DNA of 61,707 bases, filler included. It is 3 parts of 3 records of this genome, joined end to end, with 100 filler letters (N's around TTAATTAATTAA, not from the genome) between each part and the next. Parts side by side here need not be neighbours in the genome. Positions count along the whole stretch, not along the records: positions 33,523 to 61,707 come from SRR31156797_4982; 2 more parts are not named here. One strand, written 5' to 3'. Below are positions 41,319-51,189 of the stretch, piece after piece; positions within the stretch are counted from its first letter, which is position 1, and each line of letters starts with the position of its first letter. A program made the translations under genes and the position numbers. Below the pieces are notes generated by a model, which saw only the letters and a list, made by a program, of their open reading frames with translations, was not told the DNA's origin and ran no database searches.

Positions 41319-42314
41319 TACGTATTCGTCCTCTTCGCCGCCGCCGATAGAGATAACTCCTTCTTCGTCCAGTTCACGGACGATAGCAACGATCTCGTGC
41401 TGAGCCTTCTCAACCTCTTTTAGCTTGATAGGTCCCATATATTCCATCTCTTCCTTCATGGTCTCTACGGCACGTGAGGACATATTCTTAAAGAACATCT
41501 CCTGTGTTTCCGTATCCGTACCTTTAAGAGCGAGTGTAAGAGCTTTCTTGTCTGCTTTCTTAAGTATTTCCTGAAGTGCAACATCGCCAAGGGTCTTGAT
41601 GTCGTCGAATACGAACATCATATCTCTGATAGCCTGTACCAGTTCCGGATCTTCCTTCTCGAGCTTTTCGAGGGTGTCTTTGCTGGTAACCCTGTCCATC
41701 CTGTTAAATATTTCAGCGACAGATTTAACACCACCAACCTCGACATTGTAGGATGAGAGTGACTCAAACCTCTCTTCAAGGACTCTCGCAAGTGTCTTAA
41801 CAACTGACGGAGAGATATCCTGAAGGTTTGATATACGCAGGGTAATATCCGGCTTCATCTCTTCGGGAAGCTGAGCGAGTGACTCTGCCGCCTGTGATGG
41901 GTCGAGGTGAGCGAGGATAAGTGCGATTGTCTGCGGATGCTCTGTCTGGATAAATTTTGCGAGCTGTTTCGGGTCGATCTTTGAGAGGAAATCAAAACCG
42001 GATGACTGCTCAAGCATCTTAGTAAGGCGGTCGATAATCTTTCTCGCACGCTCAGGTCCGAGTGATTTTACAAGCACTGACTTAGCGTAGTCCAGACCAC
42101 CCTTTGCGATGAACTTTTTAGCTAGCATCATGTTGTAGAAGTCTTCGATGTACTCGTCCATCTTTTCAGGAGAGACGATCTTAGTCGTAGCTATCTCTTT
42201 GGTAAGCTCACTAACCTCATCTTCATCAAGTGCAGCAAGAACAGGTGAGGTCACATCCTCACCGAGTGCGATCATAATAGCCGCAGCTCGTTTCATTCCT
42301 TCTTCATTCAACAT
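41316..42314 (-). CDS. fliG: Flagellar motor switch protein FliG
   Basis: GGLDYA, EHPQTIALIL, GGVK, MFVFDD, NMSSRA. Confidence 0.96.
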   Translation of the reverse strand: MLNEEGMKRAAAIMIALGEDVTSPVLAALDEDEVSELTKEIATTKIVSPEKMDEYIEDFYNMMLAKKFIAKGGLDYAKSVLVKSLGPERARKIIDRLTKMLEQSSGFDFLSKIDPKQLAKFIQTEHPQTIALILAHLDPSQAAESLAQLPEEMKPDITLRISNLQDISPSVVKTLARVLEERFESLSSYNVEVGGVKSVAEIFNRMDRVTSKDTLEKLEKEDPELVQAIRDMMFVFDDIKTLGDVALQEILKKADKKALTLALKGTDTETQEMFFKNMSSRAVETMKEEMEYMGPIKLKEVEKAQHEIVAIVRELDEEGVISIGGGEEDEYV

Positions 42315-42317
42315 AAG

Positions 42318-43985
42318 TTAATTTTCCCCTCTCATCAGAGTTTTAAGCAGGCTAGCCATAGCGTCTGGGTCTTCCGCTGCGAACTCCTCTATCTTCTTAA
42401 GCATAACTTTTGATTTAACAGTTTCAACATCCATAGGTGAGCTTTCATCAAGCTCTGTCTCGATCTCTTTCTCAAGCTCTTCCAGAGTCTTAGGATAAGT
42501 GTCGTCGAGAGTGATGTCTATGCCGATTTCTCCGTCCACCTGACCAAAGGTGATGGAGCCGTCTTCATTAACAGTAACAGGCTTATCGAGCCTTTTGATA
42601 ATTTTGCGAATTACAAAGAAGTAGAATATCACGACAATGAGTGCCGCCAGCAGATATTTAGATATCACACTAACAAGTTCCATAGTCTCCGCTCTCTTCA
42701 GGGAGTCAAACTCCTGATCCTTTTGAGTGGTGTCAAAGGAGATATTGGTAACCTCTATCTGGTCACCTCTGGTTTCATTATAGCCAACAGCCATAGCAAC
42801 CAGATTTCTGATCGAGCGCATCTCATCGTCTGTTCTGCGCTTATTTACAATGACTGAATCGCCCTCTTCGTTCTCTTCTTTCACTTTACGGTCGTCAACA
42901 ACAACAGCGACAGTAACCCTATCGACCGTACCGAAAGCTTTATGCTCGACTGTGATTGTTTTGTTTATCTCAAAGTTCTGAGTCTCCTCAGCTTTGTTGT
43001 ATTCTGAATTTGTCCCGGTAGCACCTAGGTCTGGTTCTGCGAGGTTAGACTGAACACCTGGAACGCCTGTTGGTCCTTCCGGCTTATTAGAGCTGCTGAT
43101 CTCAAGAGACTGCTGAGAGCGGAGGACAGGCGTATCGCCATACTCTTCCCTTGTGATGTCCTTCTTATTGAAATCAATCTCAGCGGTAACTTTTGCCACC
43201 GCACTGGTCTTACCAAGTGTTGTGCCTAATATTTCATTAACCTTACGCTCAAGGTCACGTTCTATCTTTTTTGTATATTCAAGCTGTGTTTGAGTCATCA
43301 CCAGCGGAGCACCCTCGTCATCGAGAAACTCACTAAGCAGACGACCTTGTGTATCAACTATCTGAACATTTTCAGGACTGAGCCCCTTAACCGAGCCCGA
43401 GACAAGAGATGCAATAGCTCTAACCTGATCACGCCCCAGCCTTGAGCCGCCACGAAGCCTAAGAACAACAGCAGCTTTTGAATGCTCCTGATCAGCTATG
43501 AAAAGTCTGTCTTTAGGAACAGTGAGGTGAACCCTCGCTTCTGAAATCTCTTTAAGTGCAGTGATGGTTCTGGCAAGTTCACCCTGAAGGGCACGCTGAT
43601 AACTTACGTTCTGCATGAATTCGGTCATACCGAAACTTGATTTATCGAAAAGCTCAAGACCAGCACCACCGCCTCTCGGGATGCCCTCTTTCGCCAGATT
43701 TAGTCTGGTTTCATACACAAACTCATTGGGAATGGTGATTTTGGCTCCACCATCTTCAAGCTTGTAAGGGATTCGCTGTTCTTTCAGGTTTTCAACCACA
43801 AGTGCGGCATCATCCTGAGCCATATTAGCGAAAAGTGTTTTATATATAGGTCTGTTTGCCCAATAGACTATGACAGCTACAGATATAAAAACAGCCGCCA
43901 GCGCGGCGGCCACAGAAACTTTCTGCAATAGAGAAAGCTTCAGAAACGTATCTTTAAATTGGGAAGCTATATCACTGAGAGCCAT
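42318..43985 (-). CDS. fliF: Flagellar M-ring protein FliF
   Basis: GLELFD..FGMTEF, YQRALQGELARTI, ARVHL, GVPGVQSN, RGDQIEV; two TM segments. Confidence 0.95.
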   Translation of the reverse strand: MALSDIASQFKDTFLKLSLLQKVSVAAALAAVFISVAVIVYWANRPIYKTLFANMAQDDAALVVENLKEQRIPYKLEDGGAKITIPNEFVYETRLNLAKEGIPRGGGAGLELFDKSSFGMTEFMQNVSYQRALQGELARTITALKEISEARVHLTVPKDRLFIADQEHSKAAVVLRLRGGSRLGRDQVRAIASLVSGSVKGLSPENVQIVDTQGRLLSEFLDDEGAPLVMTQTQLEYTKKIERDLERKVNEILGTTLGKTSAVAKVTAEIDFNKKDITREEYGDTPVLRSQQSLEISSSNKPEGPTGVPGVQSNLAEPDLGATGTNSEYNKAEETQNFEINKTITVEHKAFGTVDRVTVAVVVDDRKVKEENEEGDSVIVNKRRTDDEMRSIRNLVAMAVGYNETRGDQIEVTNISFDTTQKDQEFDSLKRAETMELVSVISKYLLAALIVVIFYFFVIRKIIKRLDKPVTVNEDGSITFGQVDGEIGIDITLDDTYPKTLEELEKEIETELDESSPMDVETVKSKVMLKKIEEFAAEDPDAMASLLKTLMRGEN

Positions 43986-44002
43986 ACAACCTCTCTCTTA
44001 CG

Positions 44003-44308
44003 TTATATTTGCGTTCTCATAACCTCTTGGTAGGCTTCCATTATCTTATTACGAACCTCAAGCATCATCTTGAGTGAAACGTCAGCCTTTTGCAGAGCTA
44101 TCATCGTCGAATGAATGTCTTTTGTCTCACCATTAAGAACTTTCTGAACTGCATCATCTGCTGTAAGCTGCGCATCGTTGACGTCTTTGAGCGCATCCTT
44201 AAGCATAGTTGAAAAATCAACACTAGTCTCTGGCTTTTCAGCCTTCGTAGCGTTTGTAGTGTCCAACCTGTTAGGCAGCAAAAAGTTAATATTGTTGATT
44301 TCAGACAT
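44003..44308 (-). CDS. fliE: Flagellar hook-basal body protein FliE
   Basis: DIHSTMIALQKA..EVRNKIMEAYQEVMRTQI. Confidence 0.95.
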   Translation of the reverse strand: MSEINNINFLLPNRLDTTNATKAEKPETSVDFSTMLKDALKDVNDAQLTADDAVQKVLNGETKDIHSTMIALQKADVSLKMMLEVRNKIMEAYQEVMRTQI

Positions 44309-44400
44309 AACTTTACCCCTGCACCGAGTTTACCTGAGAAAACATGTGTATACTCTCTAGTAATATAATATATTTCACGTGGTTTTTACAACCCATTTAT

Positions 44401-44805
44401 TTAAGCTCTTCCTATTTCAAGCGCTTTCATCGCAAGCTGTTTTGCTGTGGAAAGCACAGTTGTGTTAGCCTCATAGCTTTTTGATGCCTCTAACATATTC
44501 ACCATCTCTTCGATAGGGTTGATGTTAGGATAGGCTACATAGCCCTCTTCATCAGCATCAGGATGCCCAGGCTCATACTTTAATATCGGCGGTTTTTCAT
44601 CTTTGATAACCTCAGAAACTTTAACTCCGCCCGCAAGCTCACCTTCGAGAACCTGCTTAAAAATAACATCACGCCTCTGGTAAGGACCGCCATCTTCTGT
44701 TCTGGTGGTGTTAGCGTTTGCAAGGTTAGCCGATACAGCACTGATTCTAATTCTCTGTGCGCTCATTCCTGTTGCTGCTACTCCGAGTACATCAAAAAAG
44801 CTCAT
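44401..44805 (-). CDS. flgC: Flagellar basal-body rod protein FlgC
   Basis: NLANANTTRT..GGPYQRR, YEPGHPDAD..GYV.YPNIN. Confidence 0.96.
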   Translation of the reverse strand: MSFFDVLGVAATGMSAQRIRISAVSANLANANTTRTEDGGPYQRRDVIFKQVLEGELAGGVKVSEVIKDEKPPILKYEPGHPDADEEGYVAYPNINPIEEMVNMLEASKSYEANTTVLSTAKQLAMKALEIGRA

Positions 44806-44817
44806 GTCCTACTCCCT

Positions 44818-45228
44818 TTATGACCTGCCGGCAATTATGTTTTTAAGTTTAGTAAACTTGCCTGCTGTGATATCTGATATCATATTATAACGTATAGTAT
44901 TTTCTGCCATCTGTGTCATCTCATAATCGATGTTCACGTCGTTACCGTCGTTCCTTACAGATGGGTTGTTCTGCTCATATACGAAGCCTGCCGGATCGAT
45001 GAAGCTTGTTTTAGGCGGAAGATGTTGCGCATCAGTTCTCGCAAGAGGTAATTTTTTCCCTGTTCCGAGCACTTCATCCATAACATCATAGAATTCCAAG
45101 TCCTTAGCTTTATATCCAGGAGTGTCAATATTTGCTATGTTTTCCGCTATAACCCTATTCTTTACTGAAGTCGCCTCCAGTCCGTAAGCTAGGTTAGTTA
45201 GTTTCATCTTGTCAAATACACCCTGCAT
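44818..45228 (-). CDS. flgB: Flagellar basal-body rod protein FlgB
   Basis: IAENIANIDTPGYKA, RNDGNDVNIDYEM; ATG 45228 follows GGAGG. Confidence 0.95.
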   Translation of the reverse strand: MQGVFDKMKLTNLAYGLEATSVKNRVIAENIANIDTPGYKAKDLEFYDVMDEVLGTGKKLPLARTDAQHLPPKTSFIDPAGFVYEQNNPSVRNDGNDVNIDYEMTQMAENTIRYNMISDITAGKFTKLKNIIAGRS

Positions 45229-45253
45229 GTCAGCCTCCGTATGCGGTATATAT

Positions 45254-45270
45254 AACAAGTTACATGCCAA
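45254..45270 (-). promoter_or_regulatory. Sigma54-type promoter upstream of flgB (variant -12)
   Basis: Minus strand TTGGCATGTAACTTGTT: TGGCATG-N4-TTGT. Confidence 0.55.
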
Positions 45271-45401
45271 CAATTATGGGAAAAATTCACCATCTCTCCA
45301 TAAGAAAAACATTGAAACCATGGATTGTATAATGTAATTAATTTATTATATTAACCTATACTTATGGTATTATTATTTAGTTATCATCATACGAGGGATT
45401 T

Positions 45402-45731
45402 ATGGACGATATATGCGGTGCAATGGTACAGATGGATGCTGGCGGTAAAATTATTTTCTGGAATCAGAGCGCAGAGGAGATCCTCGGATACTCTGAAAAC
45501 GACGTTTTAGGAAAAAATGGACTCGAAAGTATCTTCATACAAAATAACGAAGGAGACAACAATCTTCTAAAAGTTGTAGAGACCGGAGAAGTTTACTACA
45601 GCTTTGATTCATGCGTCCTAAACAAAGAAGGTGAGATGCAGCCTGTTGCACTTGTCACTTCTCCCCTTAACGATGACAATCAGGAGATATACGGAATCAC
45701 CATCCTAATCAGTAATGTCCTGATGATCTAA
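45402..45731 (+). CDS. Stand-alone PAS domain protein
   Basis: DAGGKIIFWNQSAEEILGYSENDVLGK, NKEG, SPL..IYG; GAGG RBS. Confidence 0.8.
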   Translation: MDDICGAMVQMDAGGKIIFWNQSAEEILGYSENDVLGKNGLESIFIQNNEGDNNLLKVVETGEVYYSFDSCVLNKEGEMQPVALVTSPLNDDNQEIYGITILISNVLMI

Positions 45732-45825
45732 TCGCCAGCGGCGACGGGCGAAGTTATTAGTATGAGTACTTTCTAAACATCAAGGCTTTACAACTCCCGT
45801 TGGTCGTTTACAAACCTTTATTAAC

Positions 45826-45867
45826 GTCATTCTGAGGAAAACCTGAAAGGTTTGACGTGAGAATCTC
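45826..45867. repeat. REP-like GTCATTCTGAG...GAATCTC hairpin element
   Basis: GTCATTCTGAGG-AAAACCT-GAA-AGGTTT-GACGTGAGAATCTC; single copy in the window. Confidence 0.4.
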
Positions 45868-45933
45868 ATCCTTTAACCCCACTTAAACAAACAAAATAAT
45901 GTACACAATCAAGTGATGTAGTCGCCTATGAAT

Positions 45934-45969
45934 AAAAAAAAGCCCCTGATGCTCACCGCACCAGAGGCT
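45934..45969 (-). terminator. Intrinsic terminator of the lipoprotein gene
   Basis: Minus strand AGCCTCTGGTGC-loop-GCATCAGGGGCT-TTTTTTT. Confidence 0.75.
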
Positions 45970-45995
45970 CTGATTTTAAATTCGTTTAAACCAAC

Positions 45996-47534
45996 CTATT
46001 CAGCATAGCAAGATATAGTTCCGTCATCTTCAAGAACAAAAGTCTCAGACTCACAGTTCATATATCCGCCATAAGCAGGATTAGCTGATGCAACACCACT
46101 CTGGTATTGAGCATTGAGCTGCCCTTTCACCCTTGCAAGGTAGAAAGCAGAGCCCAGCCTGTCCATCATTTCGTTAGTGTTAGTCGTTGTCGTTGCATAT
46201 GTCTCAACAGCAGTTAAGGCAGCAGTAACTTTCTGCTCGTCAGTACCACTTGTTGCATTACATGTTGTATAGCCTATGGATGAAAATTTATCAGCTATCG
46301 CAACAGCGACAGTGACTACATCCTCGAAAGATAAGCTTGGCATTCCCATTGAAAGCAGGCTTGTCATCTGACCTTCAAGGTAAGTCAGCATATTTTCGTT
46401 AAGAACAGAGTTAAGATACGTTGCCATTGTTGAGAGGATAGCGTATACAGCTCCGTTTGTGTCCATTGCGCTTGCGTATATTTCAGATGCAGAGAGCTCT
46501 GATAAAGTTGTTGAACCTTCTATAATTCTCATAAACATATAAGATGCCAGAGAGCTACGAAGCAGTGCAAGATTTTCAGCATCGACAGTTGTTCCTTCCA
46601 GCAGACCGTCCATAGGGTCAGTTAACACTGTCTCTTCTGTCACACCTGTAAGACCTGCAAAGGTGAGCATCTCAGCTATCTGAGCTGCTGAAATACCTTC
46701 GGCATACATTGTCGTCAGAGGTGAAACAATTATTGAGCCGCCTTCGTAAACACCAGCAAGACCATCAAAAGCATAAGGCACGCCGTTATGTTCGCCCGCA
46801 ACCTTCATCAATATGATAGAACCGTCATCAGGCTCCTCTTCAAATGTGAATGAGCCATTCTCATCACTTGCAGTAGAAACCGGCTCGTCAGTGTCGCACT
46901 CGTCATTACTGTTTTCGTCAACACAGAAAACCGCACCCTCGATGTAAGGGTCTACAACAACGCCTGAAACAGATGTTGGAGCATCAGAAGCAGCAGGAAC
47001 AGAAGCCACTATAGTAGTGAGCTCAGCCTCTGCAAGAGTGTCAAATGCGTCAAAGCCGATCTCGTCAGCCTTGTCTATAACAGCGACAACTGCAGATAGT
47101 TCAGTGTCATCAAGACCTGTAATAAGATCTGTGTAAGCACTGAAAATAGTTGTATTGCTACCTCTTAAAGCTGCAAGAGCATCAGCAAGTGTCTCGTAAT
47201 GAGTATAGCTTGCTGTTCCGGCTGTAAACGGATTAACTCTTGAAAGTGAGTCAGTATAAGCGCTCCGTACATCTGAGCTGTCAAGCCCCGCCGAAGCAGC
47301 ATCACTTATAGCAACCATAACATCCTGAGAATCTGCATTATCAGAATTAGTCAGGATTGTTGTAAAAGCTGTTCTTTCATCTGTTTCCAGAGCAGTGTAA
47401 GCAGTGCTCAGGTCAGATGTGGTATCGGTATCCAATGTTGTTGTTGTTCCTGAAGAGCTTCCTCCACCTCCACCACAAGATGCGAGTGTCATAAGCCCTA
47501 CGAGCAGCATCGCTGCAAAAATTAACCTCTTCAT
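45996..47534 (-). CDS. Acidic surface lipoprotein, function unknown
   Basis: Lipobox LASC then GGGGGSSSGTTTT linker; SGVVVDPYIEGAVFCVDENSNDECD..E; ATG 47534 follows GGAGG. Confidence 0.8.
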   Translation of the reverse strand: MKRLIFAAMLLVGLMTLASCGGGGGSSSGTTTTLDTDTTSDLSTAYTALETDERTAFTTILTNSDNADSQDVMVAISDAASAGLDSSDVRSAYTDSLSRVNPFTAGTASYTHYETLADALAALRGSNTTIFSAYTDLITGLDDTELSAVVAVIDKADEIGFDAFDTLAEAELTTIVASVPAASDAPTSVSGVVVDPYIEGAVFCVDENSNDECDTDEPVSTASDENGSFTFEEEPDDGSIILMKVAGEHNGVPYAFDGLAGVYEGGSIIVSPLTTMYAEGISAAQIAEMLTFAGLTGVTEETVLTDPMDGLLEGTTVDAENLALLRSSLASYMFMRIIEGSTTLSELSASEIYASAMDTNGAVYAILSTMATYLNSVLNENMLTYLEGQMTSLLSMGMPSLSFEDVVTVAVAIADKFSSIGYTTCNATSGTDEQKVTAALTAVETYATTTTNTNEMMDRLGSAFYLARVKGQLNAQYQSGVASANPAYGGYMNCESETFVLEDDGTISCYAE

Positions 47535-47617
47535 AGTTTCCTCCAAAAAAATAATTTGAACATAAATAATCCACACATAATTATTTTAGCACAAACTAAT
47601 ACATGGTAAAGTGACTA

Positions 47618-48613
47618 TTACCATAGTTTGTTAATAATTTTCTGGAATGATTCCCATACTAAATCGTACTCAAGATCACTGACATTTGTCCATGTTCCTG
47701 AGCTAAGAGGTATACTAACTTCACTAAAAGGTCTCCAGCATTGGTATGAGTATTCTTTATGAAAACTAAGCGTAGGTGTCCCAACTGCCTCAGCAATGTG
47801 AAGAGTACCAGTTGAATTAACAATGACTAATGATGTTTTTTTAAGAAAAGCTACCGTGGTGGTCAAATTCATAAGACCTGCAAAAATTGCTTTTTCACCA
47901 ATTTGTTCAACCATTTCAAGAATCTCTTGCTCTTCTCCAGGCCCTGTCAGATACACTTGATATATATCAGGATAATTCTCTGCTATCTGTTTGCTAAGGC
48001 GAACAAAATTAGCTTTTGGCCAACAGCAGTCATCTTTCTTAAGATTACCAGGGTGTATACTTATAAATTTAGAATTTTTCAAACCGAGTGAATTGATTTT
48101 GTCTTCGGCATCGCAATAATCCCCGTCTCTAATTCTGAGATGCATTTCTTTGTCATAATCCAAACCTATGAAATCAGCTAAACGTGCATACCGATCAAGC
48201 ATGTGTTCATCTTTCCCTGCTTTATCAACTATATGACTATAAAATGAAGTATCCCTCTCGTTAGCGAAGCCGATCTTATATTTAGCACCTGAAAAGCGTG
48301 TCACACGACCGGATGAACCGGAATATGAAGGGTTCAGATCGATACACATATCCCATCTGGTGAACAAAAGCTTTGAGATAAAGACATGTAGTTCTCTGAA
48401 TGATTTAGCACCTTTAGGGAAGATAATTATATCGTCTACGCCATCAGCTAGAACAGCCAGCTTATCTACTGGTGGTCGAACCATCACAGATATTTTACTA
48501 TCCGGATATTTCTTGCGTACTGCATTTATGAATGGTGTGCTCACAACAAAATCTCCTATCTTCCCAAGCCAGAGAAGAAGGATATTATCAGGTTTAAAAT
48601 CTTTCATATCCAT
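47618..48613 (-). CDS. Glycosyltransferase family 9 (LPS heptosyltransferase-like)
   Basis: LGKIGDFV..TP, IHPG, WP..F, NSTGTLHIAEAVGTP. Confidence 0.88.
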   Translation of the reverse strand: MDMKDFKPDNILLLWLGKIGDFVVSTPFINAVRKKYPDSKISVMVRPPVDKLAVLADGVDDIIIFPKGAKSFRELHVFISKLLFTRWDMCIDLNPSYSGSSGRVTRFSGAKYKIGFANERDTSFYSHIVDKAGKDEHMLDRYARLADFIGLDYDKEMHLRIRDGDYCDAEDKINSLGLKNSKFISIHPGNLKKDDCCWPKANFVRLSKQIAENYPDIYQVYLTGPGEEQEILEMVEQIGEKAIFAGLMNLTTTVAFLKKTSLVIVNSTGTLHIAEAVGTPTLSFHKEYSYQCWRPFSEVSIPLSSGTWTNVSDLEYDLVWESFQKIINKLW

Positions 48614-50034
48614 CAGCTAATTATATCATCCACATTAATACCTGATTCTTTGTATTCGTTCAGTTTATTACGGAGCGTACGGACAGTAATACCAAGCTTT
48701 TCAGCAGCTTTTGTTCTGTTACCTTCCGTCTCTTTGAGTGTCTTAATGATTAGCTCACGTTCCATCTCTGCGATGGTTCCGGCAAACTCAATTCCGTTAT
48801 TTATACTTTCTGTCTCACCCTCTTCCGAAGATGTTTCGCCAACAGATGCAAGCTCGTCGCTGCTCGCCATAAACTGATTAATCGTAATACCGTGCAGAAA
48901 AAGATTACGCTCTGTTATGATACCATCCCGGCAGAGAACAACAGCCCGCTCAATAGTATGTTCAAGCTCACGGACATTGCCCGGCCAGTCGTAATCCTGT
49001 AAAGCCTTTATAGTGTCGTCAGCCATTTTGCACTGACCTTTGCTGTTTATCTGTGCGTACTTCTCTGCAAAGAAAGTAGCAAGCTCCATAATGTCCTCTT
49101 TGCGTTCACGCAGAGGCGGTAGCTCAATAGCGATAACATTCAGACGATAAAAGAGATCCTCACGGAAATTACCCGCATCAACCTCTTTCTTAAGCTCTTT
49201 ATTAGTAGTGGCGAGTATCCGCACATTAATCTTCGTAGCCTTTGTTCCGCCGAGTCTCTCGACCTCTTTCTCCTGCAAAACTCTCAGAAGCTTTGCCTGC
49301 AAATGAAGGGGTATCTCGCCAAGCTCATCAAGGAGGATAGTCCCCCCGTCAGCCAGCTCAAACTTACCCGGTTTGCGGTTAGCAGCACCAGTAAATGCAC
49401 CCTTTTCATAACCGAAAAGCTCACTCTCCATAAGGTTTTCAGGGAGAGCCGCACAGTTTACAGCTATAAATGGTCCGTTAGCACGGCTGGAGTTTTCATG
49501 GATAAATCTGGCGAAAACTTCTTTACCTGTACCTGACTCACCAGTAATGAGGACAGTCGCCTCACTAGCCGCTACATCACGTGCCAGAGCGAAAAGCTGA
49601 GACATAAAAGCGGAGCGGAAGATAGCCGTATTCTTCTTCCTTTTTACAGCCGGAGCCGTCTCTTCTATCTCAAGGACCCTGCGTACAAGTTCCTCAAGTG
49701 TCTCCGGTGCAAAAGGTTTTAATATATAATCGTAAGCGCCTAGCTTCAGCGCATTAACTGCATTATCAACAGTTCCAAAAGCGGTAACAAAACAGAGCGG
49801 AGTCTTTATCCCGGCGGACTGGAGCATGTTCATCATCGTCATACCGTCGACATTAGGCATACGCATATCACTAATTATGAGGTCGTAAGGTTTCTTTGAC
49901 GCCTTCTCAAATCCTTCCTGACCGTCTGTTGCGACCTCAACATCAACACCCATACGGCGCACAGTTTCAAGCATCGCCTCACGCATGTTGTCGTCATCGT
50001 CCACAATAAGTATCTTCTTTGATGATATATCCAT
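48613..50034 (-). CDS. Sigma54-dependent response regulator (FleR/FlrC/FlgR-like)
   Basis: Receiver, GESGTGKE, ESELFG.EKGAFTGA, FREDLFYRL, WPGNVRE, Fis HTH; located in the flagellar region. Confidence 0.9.
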   Translation of the reverse strand: MDISSKKILIVDDDDNMREAMLETVRRMGVDVEVATDGQEGFEKASKKPYDLIISDMRMPNVDGMTMMNMLQSAGIKTPLCFVTAFGTVDNAVNALKLGAYDYILKPFAPETLEELVRRVLEIEETAPAVKRKKNTAIFRSAFMSQLFALARDVAASEATVLITGESGTGKEVFARFIHENSSRANGPFIAVNCAALPENLMESELFGYEKGAFTGAANRKPGKFELADGGTILLDELGEIPLHLQAKLLRVLQEKEVERLGGTKATKINVRILATTNKELKKEVDAGNFREDLFYRLNVIAIELPPLRERKEDIMELATFFAEKYAQINSKGQCKMADDTIKALQDYDWPGNVRELEHTIERAVVLCRDGIITERNLFLHGITINQFMASSDELASVGETSSEEGETESINNGIEFAGTIAEMERELIIKTLKETEGNRTKAAEKLGITVRTLRNKLNEYKESGINVDDIIS

Positions 50035-50061
50035 TTTATCTACCTTTATTACTCTGTCATT

Positions 50062-51189
50062 TTAGACCGGAACTTCCACACGAAACTTAGTAAAGCTCTC
50101 GCCATCGCTATCGACAGTAATGTTACCGTCGTGCGCCTTTATGATCTTATATACAATCGCAAGCCCAAGCCCTGTCCCCTTCGCCTTTGTGGTCTGGAAA
50201 GGGATGAAAAGCTTCTTGCGCATATCTTCGCTAATTCCGCACCCTTTATCAGCTACAGTGAAGCCGCACATGCCTTCCTCAAGGAAAGACTCCATAACTA
50301 TCTCACCTTGCTCACTGCTAGCATCGATAGCGTTATGGACAAGGTTCATCACAACCTGCTTGAAAAGCTCCATATCGCAACGGAGTATGTGTTCTTCATC
50401 TATCTTATTTATAAATTTAACATTCTTATCACGCATTAAGTGCTGCATGTAAAGTATCACATCATCAACGATGTCCGCAACATGATGCTTAGATTTCTCA
50501 AGCTGTATCTCTTTTGTGAAAATAAGTATATTGGAAATAATCGAATTTATTGTACGCACACCCTTCACAATCGAGCGGGTGAGCTTAGTATCCGAATCGT
50601 TCTTTTGCAAATCACGCTCCAGAAGTGATGCGAAAAGCTCTATACTGCCAAGCGGGTTACGAATTTCATGTGCGATATTAGCCGCCATCTCACCCATAAG
50701 CTTAAGCTTCTCATCCCTCTGACGTTCCATCTCAAGGTTACGAAGGTGTGTTATATCATTGATAACATAAACATACCCCTTCTGCTCTGCCATATCGAGC
50801 AGCCCCACAGACAGCCTGAATGTAAGCCCCTCAACCTCGTGATCAAAAACACCTGCACGCCCGTACTCTCTCAGCATATCGTAAAACTTAGATTCGCTAA
50901 TATCTTCGATCAGCTTGTCCGCAACAGGGTTTTTCACCAGCATATTAAAGCTCTGGTCAACAGCGGTCACGCAACTGTTAGAGTTATTAAGCACAGACTC
51001 GAGAAGGCTTGAAAGCTTTGACAGTTCAAGGTTTTTCTCCTGAACTTCCTCCCGAAGTTTCTTCGCCTCATCCTCGATGATAGCGTATTTCTCTTCAAGC
51101 TGAACAGAAGCCTTGTTGAACTGGTCAAAAGCCTCCATAAGCATGGCAAGTTCTCTGGTCTGGTCTATTTTTTCAGATTCTTCCGCCAC
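50062..51189 (-). CDS. Cytoplasmic sensor histidine kinase (FleS/FlrB/FlgS-like)
   Basis: No TM; coiled coil; [24 protein letters not shown]. Confidence 0.88.
   Translation of the reverse strand: MAEESEKIDQTRELAMLMEAFDQFNKASVQLEEKYAIIEDEAKKLREEVQEKNLELSKLSSLLESVLNNSNSCVTAVDQSFNMLVKNPVADKLIEDISESKFYDMLREYGRAGVFDHEVEGLTFRLSVGLLDMAEQKGYVYVINDITHLRNLEMERQRDEKLKLMGEMAANIAHEIRNPLGSIELFASLLERDLQKNDSDTKLTRSIVKGVRTINSIISNILIFTKEIQLEKSKHHVADIVDDVILYMQHLMRDKNVKFINKIDEEHILRCDMELFKQVVMNLVHNAIDASSEQGEIVMESFLEEGMCGFTVADKGCGISEDMRKKLFIPFQTTKAKGTGLGLAIVYKIIKAHDGNITVDSDGESFTKFRVEVPV

Noticed and set aside
45833-45870. c-di-GMP-I riboswitch-like GGAAAACC-TGAAAGG-TTTGACG
   Set aside because: Lacks the following GCAAAG and P3 stem and lies between convergent gene ends, not in a 5' leader; better read as a REP-like hairpin
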